This document shows positions 43,741 to 53,723 of a DNA stretch of 64,000 nt, piece by piece. Location: NCBI GenBank assembly GCA_000004985.1, contig GG738901.1. The stretch is one strand, 5' to 3'. The stretch is from Naegleria gruberi. Taxonomy: Eukaryota. Within the stretch, counting starts at the first letter, position 1. Each line of letters begins with the position of its first letter. The notes below the pieces were generated by a model. That model was not told where the DNA came from. It was given only the letters and a program-made list of their open reading frames with translations, and did not search any database. A program made the position numbers and the translations under genes.

Positions 43741-46563
43741 TTAAAGGTCATCATCTGATTCAACCTCTTCGACTCCCTCCACTATTGGTTCTTCTTCTTC
43801 TACAATCATAGGGCCACTTTGATTGTCAACTCTGGCTTTGGTGAATTTGTAGAGTTTGTCCAAGAGTGAACGACCTTGATCCCACCAAGAAATATCAACC
43901 TCATGATAGGTGCCACGAAGTGGATTGATAACTCCAATATTCTTAATTTCCATTCCATCCAATCTAGCCATGGCTGCATAGCAGAGTAATTGAATAATCC
44001 ACTCAACTTCAATATCTTGGGATACCGAACATTTAATATCAATAATGGTCTCGCCATCAATGATGATATCTGCCTCTCCAGTAACATGTTTTCCATAACT
44101 GAGACTTCTATGGGTATTAACTGAGCTTTCAGTTTTTTCTACAATAAATGGAACAAAGTGCTCTTGTAAATTATTGAACAGTTCTGTATAGTTTGGAGCA
44201 ATGTCCTTAATAAAGTCAAACTTTTTCTTTAGATTGGTATTGCCAAGATAGAGCATTCTGGTTCTTCCCTCTTTAACAACTGCATCAAGTTTGGAAATTT
44301 CGAATACACTTTCTAGAATATCAATTGACTCATAATTTGGATTTGTAAAAATTCTGTAAGCTGTTTTTAAACTGTCTACATAACCGGGTGGGAAGGCATA
44401 TTCTGTCATTACTGGAATAACCTCGAATGAAAATTGTCCCTTCTCCAATATTTTCTCGAAAGATTCAATAATCTCAGTCATGACTATCTTTTCATAGCCA
44501 TCAGTAATAGATTTTAACAAAGCTTTTGGAGGTTTTCCATTTCTCATCAACTGCTTCAATTTCTTTGCATATCTATTAAAGACCTGGATACTGCCTGTAT
44601 TTAATACGATTGCCTCGTTAATGAAGAGTTCAGTGCATGTATGACTAAAACCTCCTCCATTAGGTATTTTCTCAGAAATCATTCTACAAAATAAAGTATC
44701 AATAAAGTTTCCAAAGTCTGTAAACATTTGATTTTCGTAAACCACGTCACAGTATGCAAAGTCTGTATCCACAATTTTGGTTTTCGTAAATTCGATTTGT
44801 GGCAAACATCCTTCTTCCTTGAGTATTGTCATGAGTTCTCCATCAATATTACGAACCATATTTGTTACGGTGTATGGATTAATAGATGAGTCGGATGCTG
44901 ATCTTGGCTGTTCTGAAATACGCAAGTCTGTGGGACTATGTAATCTGAATACGCTACGATCAATCTCTGTTATATAACTCAAACAAGTTGCTGTCTTGGG
45001 GAGAACAATGTGTAACTCATCCTTTGCTCTGGTAACAGCCACATATAATACACGTCTTAGTTCCGCATCATTATCACCTTTCCATTTATCATTTGATGAA
45101 TCCACCAAGAAAACAATATCCCACTCCAAACCTTTAGACTTGTGTATGGTTGATAGGCAAACTTTTCCAGTTGTTGTGTGTCTTTCCATTTCCTTTAAAG
45201 ATTTTGATTTTTCCATAATAGTAATATGTGGAATGAAGAATTTAGATAATTGTTCCTCTACCTTATAGAGACCATAATTTGTTGGAGAAAGGATTGCTAT
45301 TCTTTCTCTTGGCACTCCACGTTTCAAATATTCTGATATTTTCTTAGCAACATACAAACCCTGGTTATCATTTACAATGATTGGTTTAAGATTAGATTCT
45401 CTTGTGGTTGTCATTTCTTTTGGAATATTATCTGGATTATTTCTCAAAATTGCATTTGCCACTTGCAAAATTTCTGGCGTACTTCTATAATTTCTAGTCA
45501 GTGTTAACAGCTTAGAGTTTGGATATTTTGAGTGAAAATTCAAAATATGTTCCACACTGGATCCTCTCCATGAGTAAATGTTTTGCGAATCATCTCCTAC
45601 GGCAATTATCTTGCATCCTCTTTTGTGAAACTCTTCAAAAATCTCTGCTTGAAAATTATCAATATCTTGATACTCATCAATTATGAGATACTTTTTCTTT
45701 TTACAAATTTCATCCGCAATTTCTGGATAATTCTTCATTAAGTTCCTCAATCTATATCCATATTCAATCACACAAGCTTGAGAATCAAAATATTGCCAAT
45801 ATTTCTTCAATGTCTTGTAAGCAAATGCATCAATGGTTCCAATAGTAAATTTACTCTTAACTCCAATACTGGCAAGCTTTTCCTTCATATCATTTGCTGC
45901 CAATCTTGAAAATGTTGTCAACATGATCTGATGAGCTGGAATTTTCAAATACTTTATCATGTAAACAATTTTACAAATAATGGTTGTTGTCTTTCCACTT
46001 CCAGCGCAAGCCAACACTAACAAGTCATCATTCACATCTCCAAAAACAACTTGCTTTTGTTCTTCACTCAAATCAATCTGTACATCATCAATTGTAAATG
46101 TTTTCATAATTTCCTCTTCGGATGGAAAAACAATTTCCTTCTTCTTCCTTACTCTTTTTACAGGCTTTGAAATTTCCTCATCACCTCCAAAATTAATTTC
46201 CGGCATTAAACTAATTGCCTCATTACTCATAGCATTAATGATTTCTTCCTTTTCTTGAGGTTGGTGAGTAGAAAATAATTCCTTCACCTCATCATCTTGT
46301 TGCTTCAAAGTCTGTTTCCTTCTCGTAGCATTATTAATCAAAGATTGAGAAAAACATCTCCTCATCATTACATGATTCAATAAAGTAGAGTTATTGGTTT
46401 TCAACAAGGCTGATGAAGATCCTGTCGGGAATGATTTATTTCCACCATTAATTTTAATATGATTAATTATATTATTGTTATTACTATTTAAATGATGTAA
46501 AGTTGAAGTGGATGATAATGTATTCAAGCGATAGAGAAGTGAATTGTGCTTGATGTTGCGCAT
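43741..46563 (-). CDS. UvrD/PcrA/Rep-family SF1 DNA helicase fused to a C-terminal RecB-family PD-(D/E)xK nuclease-like domain (940 aa). The N-terminal extension resembles an organellar presequence.
   Basis: The helicase motifs are I (LVLACAGSGKTTT), Ia (TFSRLAANDMKEKL), II (LIIDEYQDID), III (GDDSQNIYSWRG), IV (NYRSTPEIL), V (LSTIHKSKGLEWDIVFL) and VI (VLYVAVTRAKDEL). The C-terminal ~250 aa carry a D...D-I-K nuclease-like triad (GEADIIIDGETIIDIKCS) followed by QLLCYAAMA, which is the RecB QxxxY motif. The N-terminal 90 aa are rich in R/S/T/N and have no acidic residues. Confidence 0.85.
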   Translation of the reverse strand: MRNIKHNSLLYRLNTLSSTSTLHHLNSNNNNIINHIKINGGNKSFPTGSSSALLKTNNSTLLNHVMMRRCFSQSLINNATRRKQTLKQQDDEVKELFSTHQPQEKEEIINAMSNEAISLMPEINFGGDEEISKPVKRVRKKKEIVFPSEEEIMKTFTIDDVQIDLSEEQKQVVFGDVNDDLLVLACAGSGKTTTIICKIVYMIKYLKIPAHQIMLTTFSRLAANDMKEKLASIGVKSKFTIGTIDAFAYKTLKKYWQYFDSQACVIEYGYRLRNLMKNYPEIADEICKKKKYLIIDEYQDIDNFQAEIFEEFHKRGCKIIAVGDDSQNIYSWRGSSVEHILNFHSKYPNSKLLTLTRNYRSTPEILQVANAILRNNPDNIPKEMTTTRESNLKPIIVNDNQGLYVAKKISEYLKRGVPRERIAILSPTNYGLYKVEEQLSKFFIPHITIMEKSKSLKEMERHTTTGKVCLSTIHKSKGLEWDIVFLVDSSNDKWKGDNDAELRRVLYVAVTRAKDELHIVLPKTATCLSYITEIDRSVFRLHSPTDLRISEQPRSASDSSINPYTVTNMVRNIDGELMTILKEEGCLPQIEFTKTKIVDTDFAYCDVVYENQMFTDFGNFIDTLFCRMISEKIPNGGGFSHTCTELFINEAIVLNTGSIQVFNRYAKKLKQLMRNGKPPKALLKSITDGYEKIVMTEIIESFEKILEKGQFSFEVIPVMTEYAFPPGYVDSLKTAYRIFTNPNYESIDILESVFEISKLDAVVKEGRTRMLYLGNTNLKKKFDFIKDIAPNYTELFNNLQEHFVPFIVEKTESSVNTHRSLSYGKHVTGEADIIIDGETIIDIKCSVSQDIEVEWIIQLLCYAAMARLDGMEIKNIGVINPLRGTYHEVDISWWDQGRSLLDKLYKFTKARVDNQSGPMIVEEEEPIVEGVEEVESDDDL

Positions 46564-46660
46564 TTTTTTTTGATTTAATTTCTATCAATTTTAATTTACA
46601 TAATTGTTAATAATGTAATACTTTTGTAAAGTATTAATGTCATATCAAGGGTTAACCAAC

Positions 46661-48030
46661 TCAGCGTCTCTTGACTCTTATTTTCTTCTTCTTTGTAGTA
46701 GGTACATTATATTCATCGTCATCCTCTTTCATTAGTAAGGGAACTTCATCTTTCAAAGATTCTGCAACAATATTACTGAAAGATTTCTCAAACTGAACAA
46801 TAGATTCAGGTTGTTTTGGTACAGAGGATGACAAAGAAGGAGCCAAACTAGCTTCTTCTTTCGGTTCTTCTTCTGGTGTGGGTTTAGCAGAGATGCATTC
46901 CTTACATATATTGAATTTAATATCTAGTGGATAATCAAATACAAGTTGAGAAACAGCTTTGCTGATAGTAGTTTCTTTAAAATCTAAATTAGAAGGATTG
47001 TGTTTCTGGGTGAAAAATATTGGACTAGTGTCAAGTTGTTTACAATTCAAATCTTGTAAGGTAGATTCAATTTGATGTTCTGCAGTGATAAGGGATGTAA
47101 TATTCCTGAAATGAATGACTTTTTCAAAAGCATTTTTGATTCCTTGCATGTTTTCAATGAGACCTGACATGGTTGAGTATTGATCTTGAACAATTGCCAT
47201 TCTCTCTTGATGTTCTGATTGGCTTTTGTCAAGAATTTCTTTTCTTTTGTCTTCCACTTGTGCCAAATAGTTGTCAATCATAGTATTAACCCTCATTTCG
47301 TAAGTTTCTTGATTACTGACTAGTTTAGTTTGGAGAGAGCCAATCTTTTCCAATGCAACATACAAGAATTCAATATCTTGATCAACTTGCTCAATCTTGT
47401 TAGACATTCCTGCCTTAGCCTCTTCCATATGTTCATCAATTGGGACACATGTATGATTACTATGATTAGTTGATAAAGAACACAAATGACAAACTTATGT
47501 CTCTTACATTTTCCAACAGTTAGAATTGTTCCAAGTGGAGCTTTTTTATGAGAAGCAAAGAACTTGGGAGCATGAATGGATGTGAAACATTCCTCACAGA
47601 ATCTACTATTACAATCCTCACATTCAACTTGAACAATGTTAGTTTCACAATTGGCACAAGTTTCTCCCTTCTCCCTCTCCATCATATAATTTTCTACAGT
47701 ACTCTTGAGATCGTAATTAATAGGAAAGACACTTGGTACATCTTCAGAATGATTGACTTTACATTCCTTGTTGCAAGAGGGACAATTGAAACAAATTCCT
47801 TCCTTCTTGTTACTTTGATCACTTGTTGTTCCATACAATTTGTTGATCTTTGTTTGATTTCCCAGCACAGGAGCTTGAAGAAATGGTTCTTTGAGTTTTA
47901 ACTTTTTAAAATTGATATTTGCCATAATGCATCGGGTGCACATTGAATGACCACAAGGTAAAACTCTTGGATCTTGAAGAAGTTCAAAGCAAAACTTGCA
48001 TGAAAGTGATTCCTCGTCAATTACTAACAT
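46661..48030 (-). CDS. RING finger, B-box and coiled-coil (TRIM-like) protein split across two overlapping ORFs (47320..48030 and 46661..47485). They are joined either by a short intron or a frameshift.
   Basis: ORF 47320..48030 has a C3HC4 RING (CKFCFELLQDPRVLPCGHSMCTRC), a second Cys cluster (CFNCPSCNKEC), and a B-box (CANCETNIVQVECEDCNSRFCEECFTSIH). ORF 46661..47485 is a long coiled coil with a basic C-terminal tail. They overlap by 165 nt in different frames. A phase-compatible 35-nt GTTTGT...CATAG intron after ...CKRH-AA would join them. This is unproven. Confidence 0.6.
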
Positions 48031-48259
48031 TTTTTTTTGTATTTTAGAAGAAGGAATTCGTCAATTTGTTCTCAATATCGAACGCACCAACCTTTTAAGT
48101 ACCATCAGAATAATAGGAACAAAAAATGCAGCAGAATTTAGTTCAGAAAAGGTCACAGTGATAGGAACTCATCAAATTTCTCAATGTACACTGTAAAACG
48201 CTATTTCTCAAATTATGTTCAACGAACATGGACGAACCAAAGTAACCCCGATGAACATC

Positions 48260-48500
48260 CCAAAAAACTTTAAAGTGCCTCGACTCGTCACGAACCCACG
48301 ACTGCCCTTGTAACCGTGGTGAACATGTTGAAATCTCTTTAGAGAATTGAAACCATCAAACATATGGTTAGAATGCTTATTTGATATGTTTGAGAACTTG
48401 CATGATTTGACCTTGCAACAATTAGAATCACGACCAATTCGAAAGGATTCGTCTAACCATCTAATTAAATAGATTTGTCAATATTTATATATGGACAAAC
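48260..48500 (+). other. Second copy of the GC-richer structured non-coding element, related to 240..500. It lies in an 880-bp ORF-free divergent-promoter region.
   Basis: Three blocks align with element 1: ctttaaagtg with tttaaaagt, cacgaacccacgactgcccttg with atgaacccgacgggttcgtcttg, and gtaaccgtggtgaac with gtaactctgtggac. The motifs GAACAT and ACGAACC recur. Hairpins such as tttgacac...atgtcaaa lie nearby. There is no ORF. Confidence 0.3.
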
Positions 48501-48914
48501 AGTGACAAATCTCGAGATGTTTAACCAACATCCTCAATTGATAGTATAGAGCTACTTAACGGGGAAAAGTTTAGTTTAGTTTCTTATTACTGACGCAACG
48601 AATCATCAAAATAACTCGTTTATCTCTTCAACAACAAGCCCTGAACAAATCATTTCGTCCAAATATCGACATTTTTCCGTGTTCTCGCCCTTTCTTTTAG
48701 AAACATTTGACACCTGAAATAGATGTCAAACATTGTGTGTGATTAGAACACTCATCATACCATGCAACCGTGATTTTTGCCTGCGAACATTATATCGTGG
48801 TTTTGTCCACCCTGTCTTGACCCATTCGCTCTAGGTATTTGTTGATTCAGCTGGATACCTATACTAAACTAACTTTCGAATTGGAATGCAAACTAATCAG
48901 AAAAAAACAGTGCC

Positions 48915-49925
48915 ATGTCTCACCTACCAAGTACACCACAACTATTCTGCAACAACATGTTTCCAACGCAACAACTTATACCCAACAATAAGACAAACAT
49001 CAACATGCCACCATTCACTTATCACTTTCCTTATTTGTCAGTCAACGAACAAGCATCAACAGTACCTTCAGCAAGTGTTGTGGGAAACACAAGCATTGAC
49101 ATGCTTCCCACCATCATGTATAATTACATGCTTTTGAATCAACAAATGTATCAAATACTAAACCTGCAACTCTTTCAAACATGCCAAGTTGACTCTTCGC
49201 CACATGCATATGTTTATGATGAAATTGCATTGGAATCACTCTTTCCTGCACCATTGTGTTTTAATAATGGTTCTGAAACCATGTTGAAAGCAATTCAACC
49301 TGAAGATTTATTGGAAAGTAGACTAAATGACAATACATGCTGCTCGGATGTATTTTTGTTGGAAGAGGAAGAAATCACCACATGCACTGCTATTGGAAGT
49401 GATGAAACAAACATGCTTCAATTATTAACAAGTGATATCAGTCCAGCATGTTCCTCTGTTAATGAGACAATGTTTAGTCGACAGAATATTGAGGCCTATC
49501 AACAAAATTCGAATGCAATAATTAGAAATAGTAATTGTGAATCGACATCTACTGATTCTAATTCATTCAATTCATCAAGCAAGCTAGCATTATCACCAAC
49601 TATCGGAAACATTTCTCCTTCATCTTCTTCTGAGACTAAACTTCAAAAAAACAGAAAATGCAAAGAAACCAAATCTCAACATTATTCTTCACAAGACATG
49701 TCCAAACTCTTCAATTCACTCATTAAAAAGAAGAGAGGAAGGCCACCAAAAGTAAATTTTAAAGTGGAATTTAGTGAACACGCCTATTCAATGATTTACA
49801 ATGGAAAAGTGGAGGAAGCAATTAAAGTAGAAAGTGCTAGTAGTAGAAGAGGAAAGAGTAGAGTATTGAAAAGTATTCCACAGCACATTCTAGAACAGAA
49901 TAATGAAACTCAGAGTAGTAAGTGA
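48915..49925 (+). CDS. AT-hook-containing protein (336 aa), likely nuclear.
   Basis: ATG at 48915. The AT-hook core is KKKRGRPPK. Long Ser/Asn-rich low-complexity stretches are present. Confidence 0.55.
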   Translation: MSHLPSTPQLFCNNMFPTQQLIPNNKTNINMPPFTYHFPYLSVNEQASTVPSASVVGNTSIDMLPTIMYNYMLLNQQMYQILNLQLFQTCQVDSSPHAYVYDEIALESLFPAPLCFNNGSETMLKAIQPEDLLESRLNDNTCCSDVFLLEEEEITTCTAIGSDETNMLQLLTSDISPACSSVNETMFSRQNIEAYQQNSNAIIRNSNCESTSTDSNSFNSSSKLALSPTIGNISPSSSSETKLQKNRKCKETKSQHYSSQDMSKLFNSLIKKKRGRPPKVNFKVEFSEHAYSMIYNGKVEEAIKVESASSRRGKSRVLKSIPQHILEQNNETQSSK

Positions 49926-50120
49926 TTGGATGAACGTGGAAATTTAATGGTGATTGGTAGCTTGAGGAGAATTAAGTTACATGTTGTGTAAATAGCAAGA
50001 TTTTTCGAATGTAAAATGAAATAGAATATCGAGATTAATGTAATAAATTGTATTGATAAAGCGAAAAATTCAGATATCTTCTTGTAGTATAGGAATAATT
50101 TCCAAATCTAGTAGATTACT

Positions 50121-51413
50121 TCAAATATTTAATATTATGGAAATATCAGAAAATGAACTATTTCGAATCAGGTCTGAATATTTGGAAAAGAATGGTAGTG
50201 AGTTTTCAATCCAGATAGTGTTTGTATCTGATAGATACCTCACTTTTCTTATCTTTCCTAATGCAACAACCATATTCCTGAACTTGATCATGCATAGCCC
50301 ACTACTTTGACATTTTTCAAAGTTTGTTACAAAGGTTGGTTGTCGCGTTGATTGGAAACTTGTTTCTTTCAAACTGGGTTTGTTTAAAAGCACATCATTG
50401 AATGGCTTGAATTCAATTAGAAGTGATTCATGGTTTGACTTGGATGGATTAGTTTGGAGTACTCGACATATTAATGCTCTCTGTCCACAATAAATTTTAA
50501 ATTCTCTTTCCTTAGAAAAATCAACGGCTGAAAGAGGGTTGTGAATTGTGAGCTCGACCCAAAAGGAGTCCACCACTACTTAAGATCCTTTGGATTTATC
50601 AAACCAATTTCCTAACAACGCTCCTCTCAACAACCTCATTTCGTTCGAACTTCGAGTTTTATACTTCAGTGATTGTAAATTAATAGGAACTAATTGACCA
50701 GCATATGCTCTTTCCCAGTCTATTGCATCATTGAATGAAGAATATCCATAAGATGGATTTCTTTCAATTTTTAAACTAGTTGGATTTTCAGAATTAATGT
50801 CAACAGTTCCCAAATGTGTTAAATATCCACTCTCGATTTTCACCAATACGTTTGTGCCATAATAATTCTTAAATGAGTTAATTGAAGAACATAAAGGTGG
50901 CTGATTTTTCAAATTTTCATAATTCAAGTTTGGACCTAAACTTCGTAGCCATTCCAATAGTTCATTTGATTCATTAGAAGTCTCCACTCTTTTCAAATAT
51001 CTGGATAAATTGTCGTCGCTTGAATAGCCAGCGAATGAAACTACTTTGAAAATCAAATTTCTTTTGATTAGTTTATCGAATTCATTCTCAAAATCATATA
51101 TTTGAATTGTTGGATGAACTAGCACAAGGACATTTCTGATCGATGTAGAATTGTTGATAATTAACAGAATATTCTGAAACATTTCAAAATTATTATTATG
51201 ACTATTAATTGCAATAATACAAGCATCTGCTATGCAACATAATCGGAAGGCACTTGGTACTGACAATCGTTCCAAAATTGCAAAATTTATTTGCAATTTG
51301 TTGATTAGAAACCGATCATATGCAAAAACAGAGCTTGTTCCTCTTCTATAATCAATTTCACCAAGCAGTCCGAACAATGCAACTGACAAACAAGGTGGAT
51401 CATCTATCGTCAT
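50121..51413 (-). CDS. Hypothetical protein of about 430 aa in a single continuous reading frame interrupted by one in-frame TAA at 50580-50582. The tracked ORFs 50580..51413 and 50121..50576 are the same frame.
   Basis: The ORF before the stop ends ...GNWFDKSKGS-TAA. The next codons, GTA GTG GTG GAC..., continue in the identical frame for 152 more codons. No GT..AG intron with compatible phase spans the stop. This is either a nonsense mutation, a base-call error, or stop-codon readthrough. Confidence 0.5.
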
Positions 51414-51644
51414 TTTTTTAAGTGAAAGTTGGTCAATTTACAGCTTGTAGACTCCAAAGTTTACAAAGTCAGTTGGGCAATTGTGAAAAGTGTTATCATG
51501 TCTGTTTGAGACAATAATGGTAATACTGTTATTATTCAATTCCAAAAAAGAAATAAACCCACTTTAGTATTTGTATTGTTCTGGCTGTTGAAAAAAGCAA
51601 TAAATTCTTCCAAATCAAACGTGGGGATTTTCCTCATTTAAAAA

Positions 51645-53587
51645 ATGGTAGAAATAAAGAAGGAAAAGAAGTCAAAACAATCTCATCAATTACATGAGAA
51701 GCACAAGAAGCAACCACTCTTGGAGAAGACTTCTCAATCATCTGTGCCAAAGTATGAAGACATTGTAAAGCACAAGATCAGACCTTCCTATCCATCACCA
51801 ATTATTGAGAAGGGAAAGGATAAGAACTTTGAGGAATTGGTAAAACATTCACTTGATGAAATTCTCAAACTCAAACACAAAGAAAAGGCTCACAGTTCAT
51901 TCTTGGGAACACCTGAGAGAATACTCAATTGTGAAGAGGATATTGTTGAACAGAGATCCAAGGTAGAAATTCCTCAATCCTGTAAAACTCCACAGGAAGT
52001 TATCTCAAAAGTTTCTTCCTACTTTAATGGTGTGTTAGATAATGCAAGTCCAATCATGTTGGAGAATGTTCATCCTCCTTCAAATATTCCAGCAATTATT
52101 TCAACTCTATTTGCTTCGCTGTACAATGTTGGTATGGTACAAGATGAATTTTCATGGAATGTTGTGCTAACAGAGATTGAAACTATTGGAATGATGGCTA
52201 AATTGATTGGTTGGGATGCCAAGAAAGCTAATGGTGTATTTACCTTTGGTGGAACAGGAAATGAGTTGGTAAGTTTTAATGACTAATCTATTTCTAACAC
52301 CATGATGATTATCTAATACAGTACGGAATCAAAGTTGCCCTAACAAGAGCCTTGGGAATGGACTACCGTTACAAGGGTATTAGAGAAAATGTAAAGATTT
52401 TCGTTTCAGAAATTGGCCACTATTGTAAATTCAATGTTACAGATTGGCTAGGCATTGGTATGGACAATGTTGTTCCAATTAGTATTACAGAAGATAACTC
52501 TATGAATTATGATGATCTCTATGATAAATTATCCAAATCTGTCAAGAATGGTGAAAAGATTGCTGCCATTGTCTCAACTTGTGGTTCCACAGACCCATTC
52601 TCTGTTGATGATGTTTCAGAAATTGTAAAGATTAGAGATAGAATTGTTGAGGAGAATAATCTAGATTACAAACCATTTGTCTATGCTGATTCAGTCATTG
52701 GTTGGCCATGGCTCTTCTTTAAGACCTATAACTTTGAAGAGAATCCACTTCAAATCGAAGCTGACTATGTCTTGCCAGCAATCAAGTCAGTTCTCTCCAA
52801 AATGGAAAAGTTAGAATTGGCAGATGCTGTAGGATTAGATTTCCACAAGACTGGTTTCTGCCACTACATTTGTAGCTGTGTAATGTTCAAGGATGGAAAA
52901 GAGTTCGAAGAAAACCTATCCAGACCGAAAGACTTTGCTCAATATCTGTACAACTTTTCAGTTTACAAACCAGGAACATACACTCTCGAATGTTCAAGAG
53001 CTGCATCTTGTCTCGCTGCATTTAGTACCATTCACTTGTTTGGTGTTGAAGGTTATCAATCACTCATAGCTCACTTGATAAGTGTTCAACATGCTCTTCG
53101 AACAAACCTCACAGAACAGATGAAGAATGTGGCCATTGTTAATGATTTGGACAATGGTTTTGTTTCCTTGTTCAGAGTCTATCCACAAGGAGTTGATGCC
53201 AAGAAGGAATTTGAAAAGGAGTTGAATGGTCAACTCTCCGATGATGAAATTAACAAGTACAATGAATATCAAAAGCACATTGCCAATGTTCTCCATCTGA
53301 AGAGAGTACAAGAAGATGGTCCAGCTCTATCCTATACACGTTGCTTTAGAAAGAACAAGAATGGCTGTCCAATTTCTGCTCTCAAGGTCTTCCCTATGAG
53401 TCCATTCTGCTCAAAGGACATGATGATTAATCATGTTGTTCCCTTCATCAAGGATACTGTTGAGCAAGTAGGCTCACAAGAAGATATGGAAGAACACAAG
53501 AAGAAGGTTGAGAGTGAAGATCATCCAAAGTGGGCCTATCCAAGACATAGACACTTTGAGAATGTTACCCTCCACAATACATGGTGA
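51645..53587 (+). CDS. Pyridoxal-phosphate-dependent decarboxylase, group II (GAD/AADC-like), 629 aa. Two exons, join(51645..52268,52322..53587). The intron is 53 nt (GTAAGT...ATACAG).
   Basis: Exon 1 ends ...FTFGGTGNEL, which matches the conserved GGT/S motif. A GTAAGT donor sits at 52269. Splicing to 52322 continues in frame as YGIKVALTRALGMDYRYKG..., straight into the second tracked ORF. That ORF otherwise starts at TTG. The PLP-binding Lys lies in DAVGLDFHKTGFCHYICSCVMFKD (the xxHK motif). Confidence 0.85.
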
Positions 53588-53723
53588 GAAGATCATATAA
53601 GATCATCATCCAACAATAATAATAAAACGCTTGAATATTTTGTGATTATTGGTAAGCCTTTGGCGCTATTTTTTATTTTTTAAAATAATTAAAATTTCTT
53701 ACCGTTAAAAAATCTTTTAGAAA

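Noticed and set aside
50560-50600. Looked for an intron, including GC-AG or GTTTGA donors, that would remove the in-frame TAA of the 50121..51413 gene.
   Set aside because: No donor precedes the stop in a compatible phase. All candidate acceptors give a stop or frameshift.
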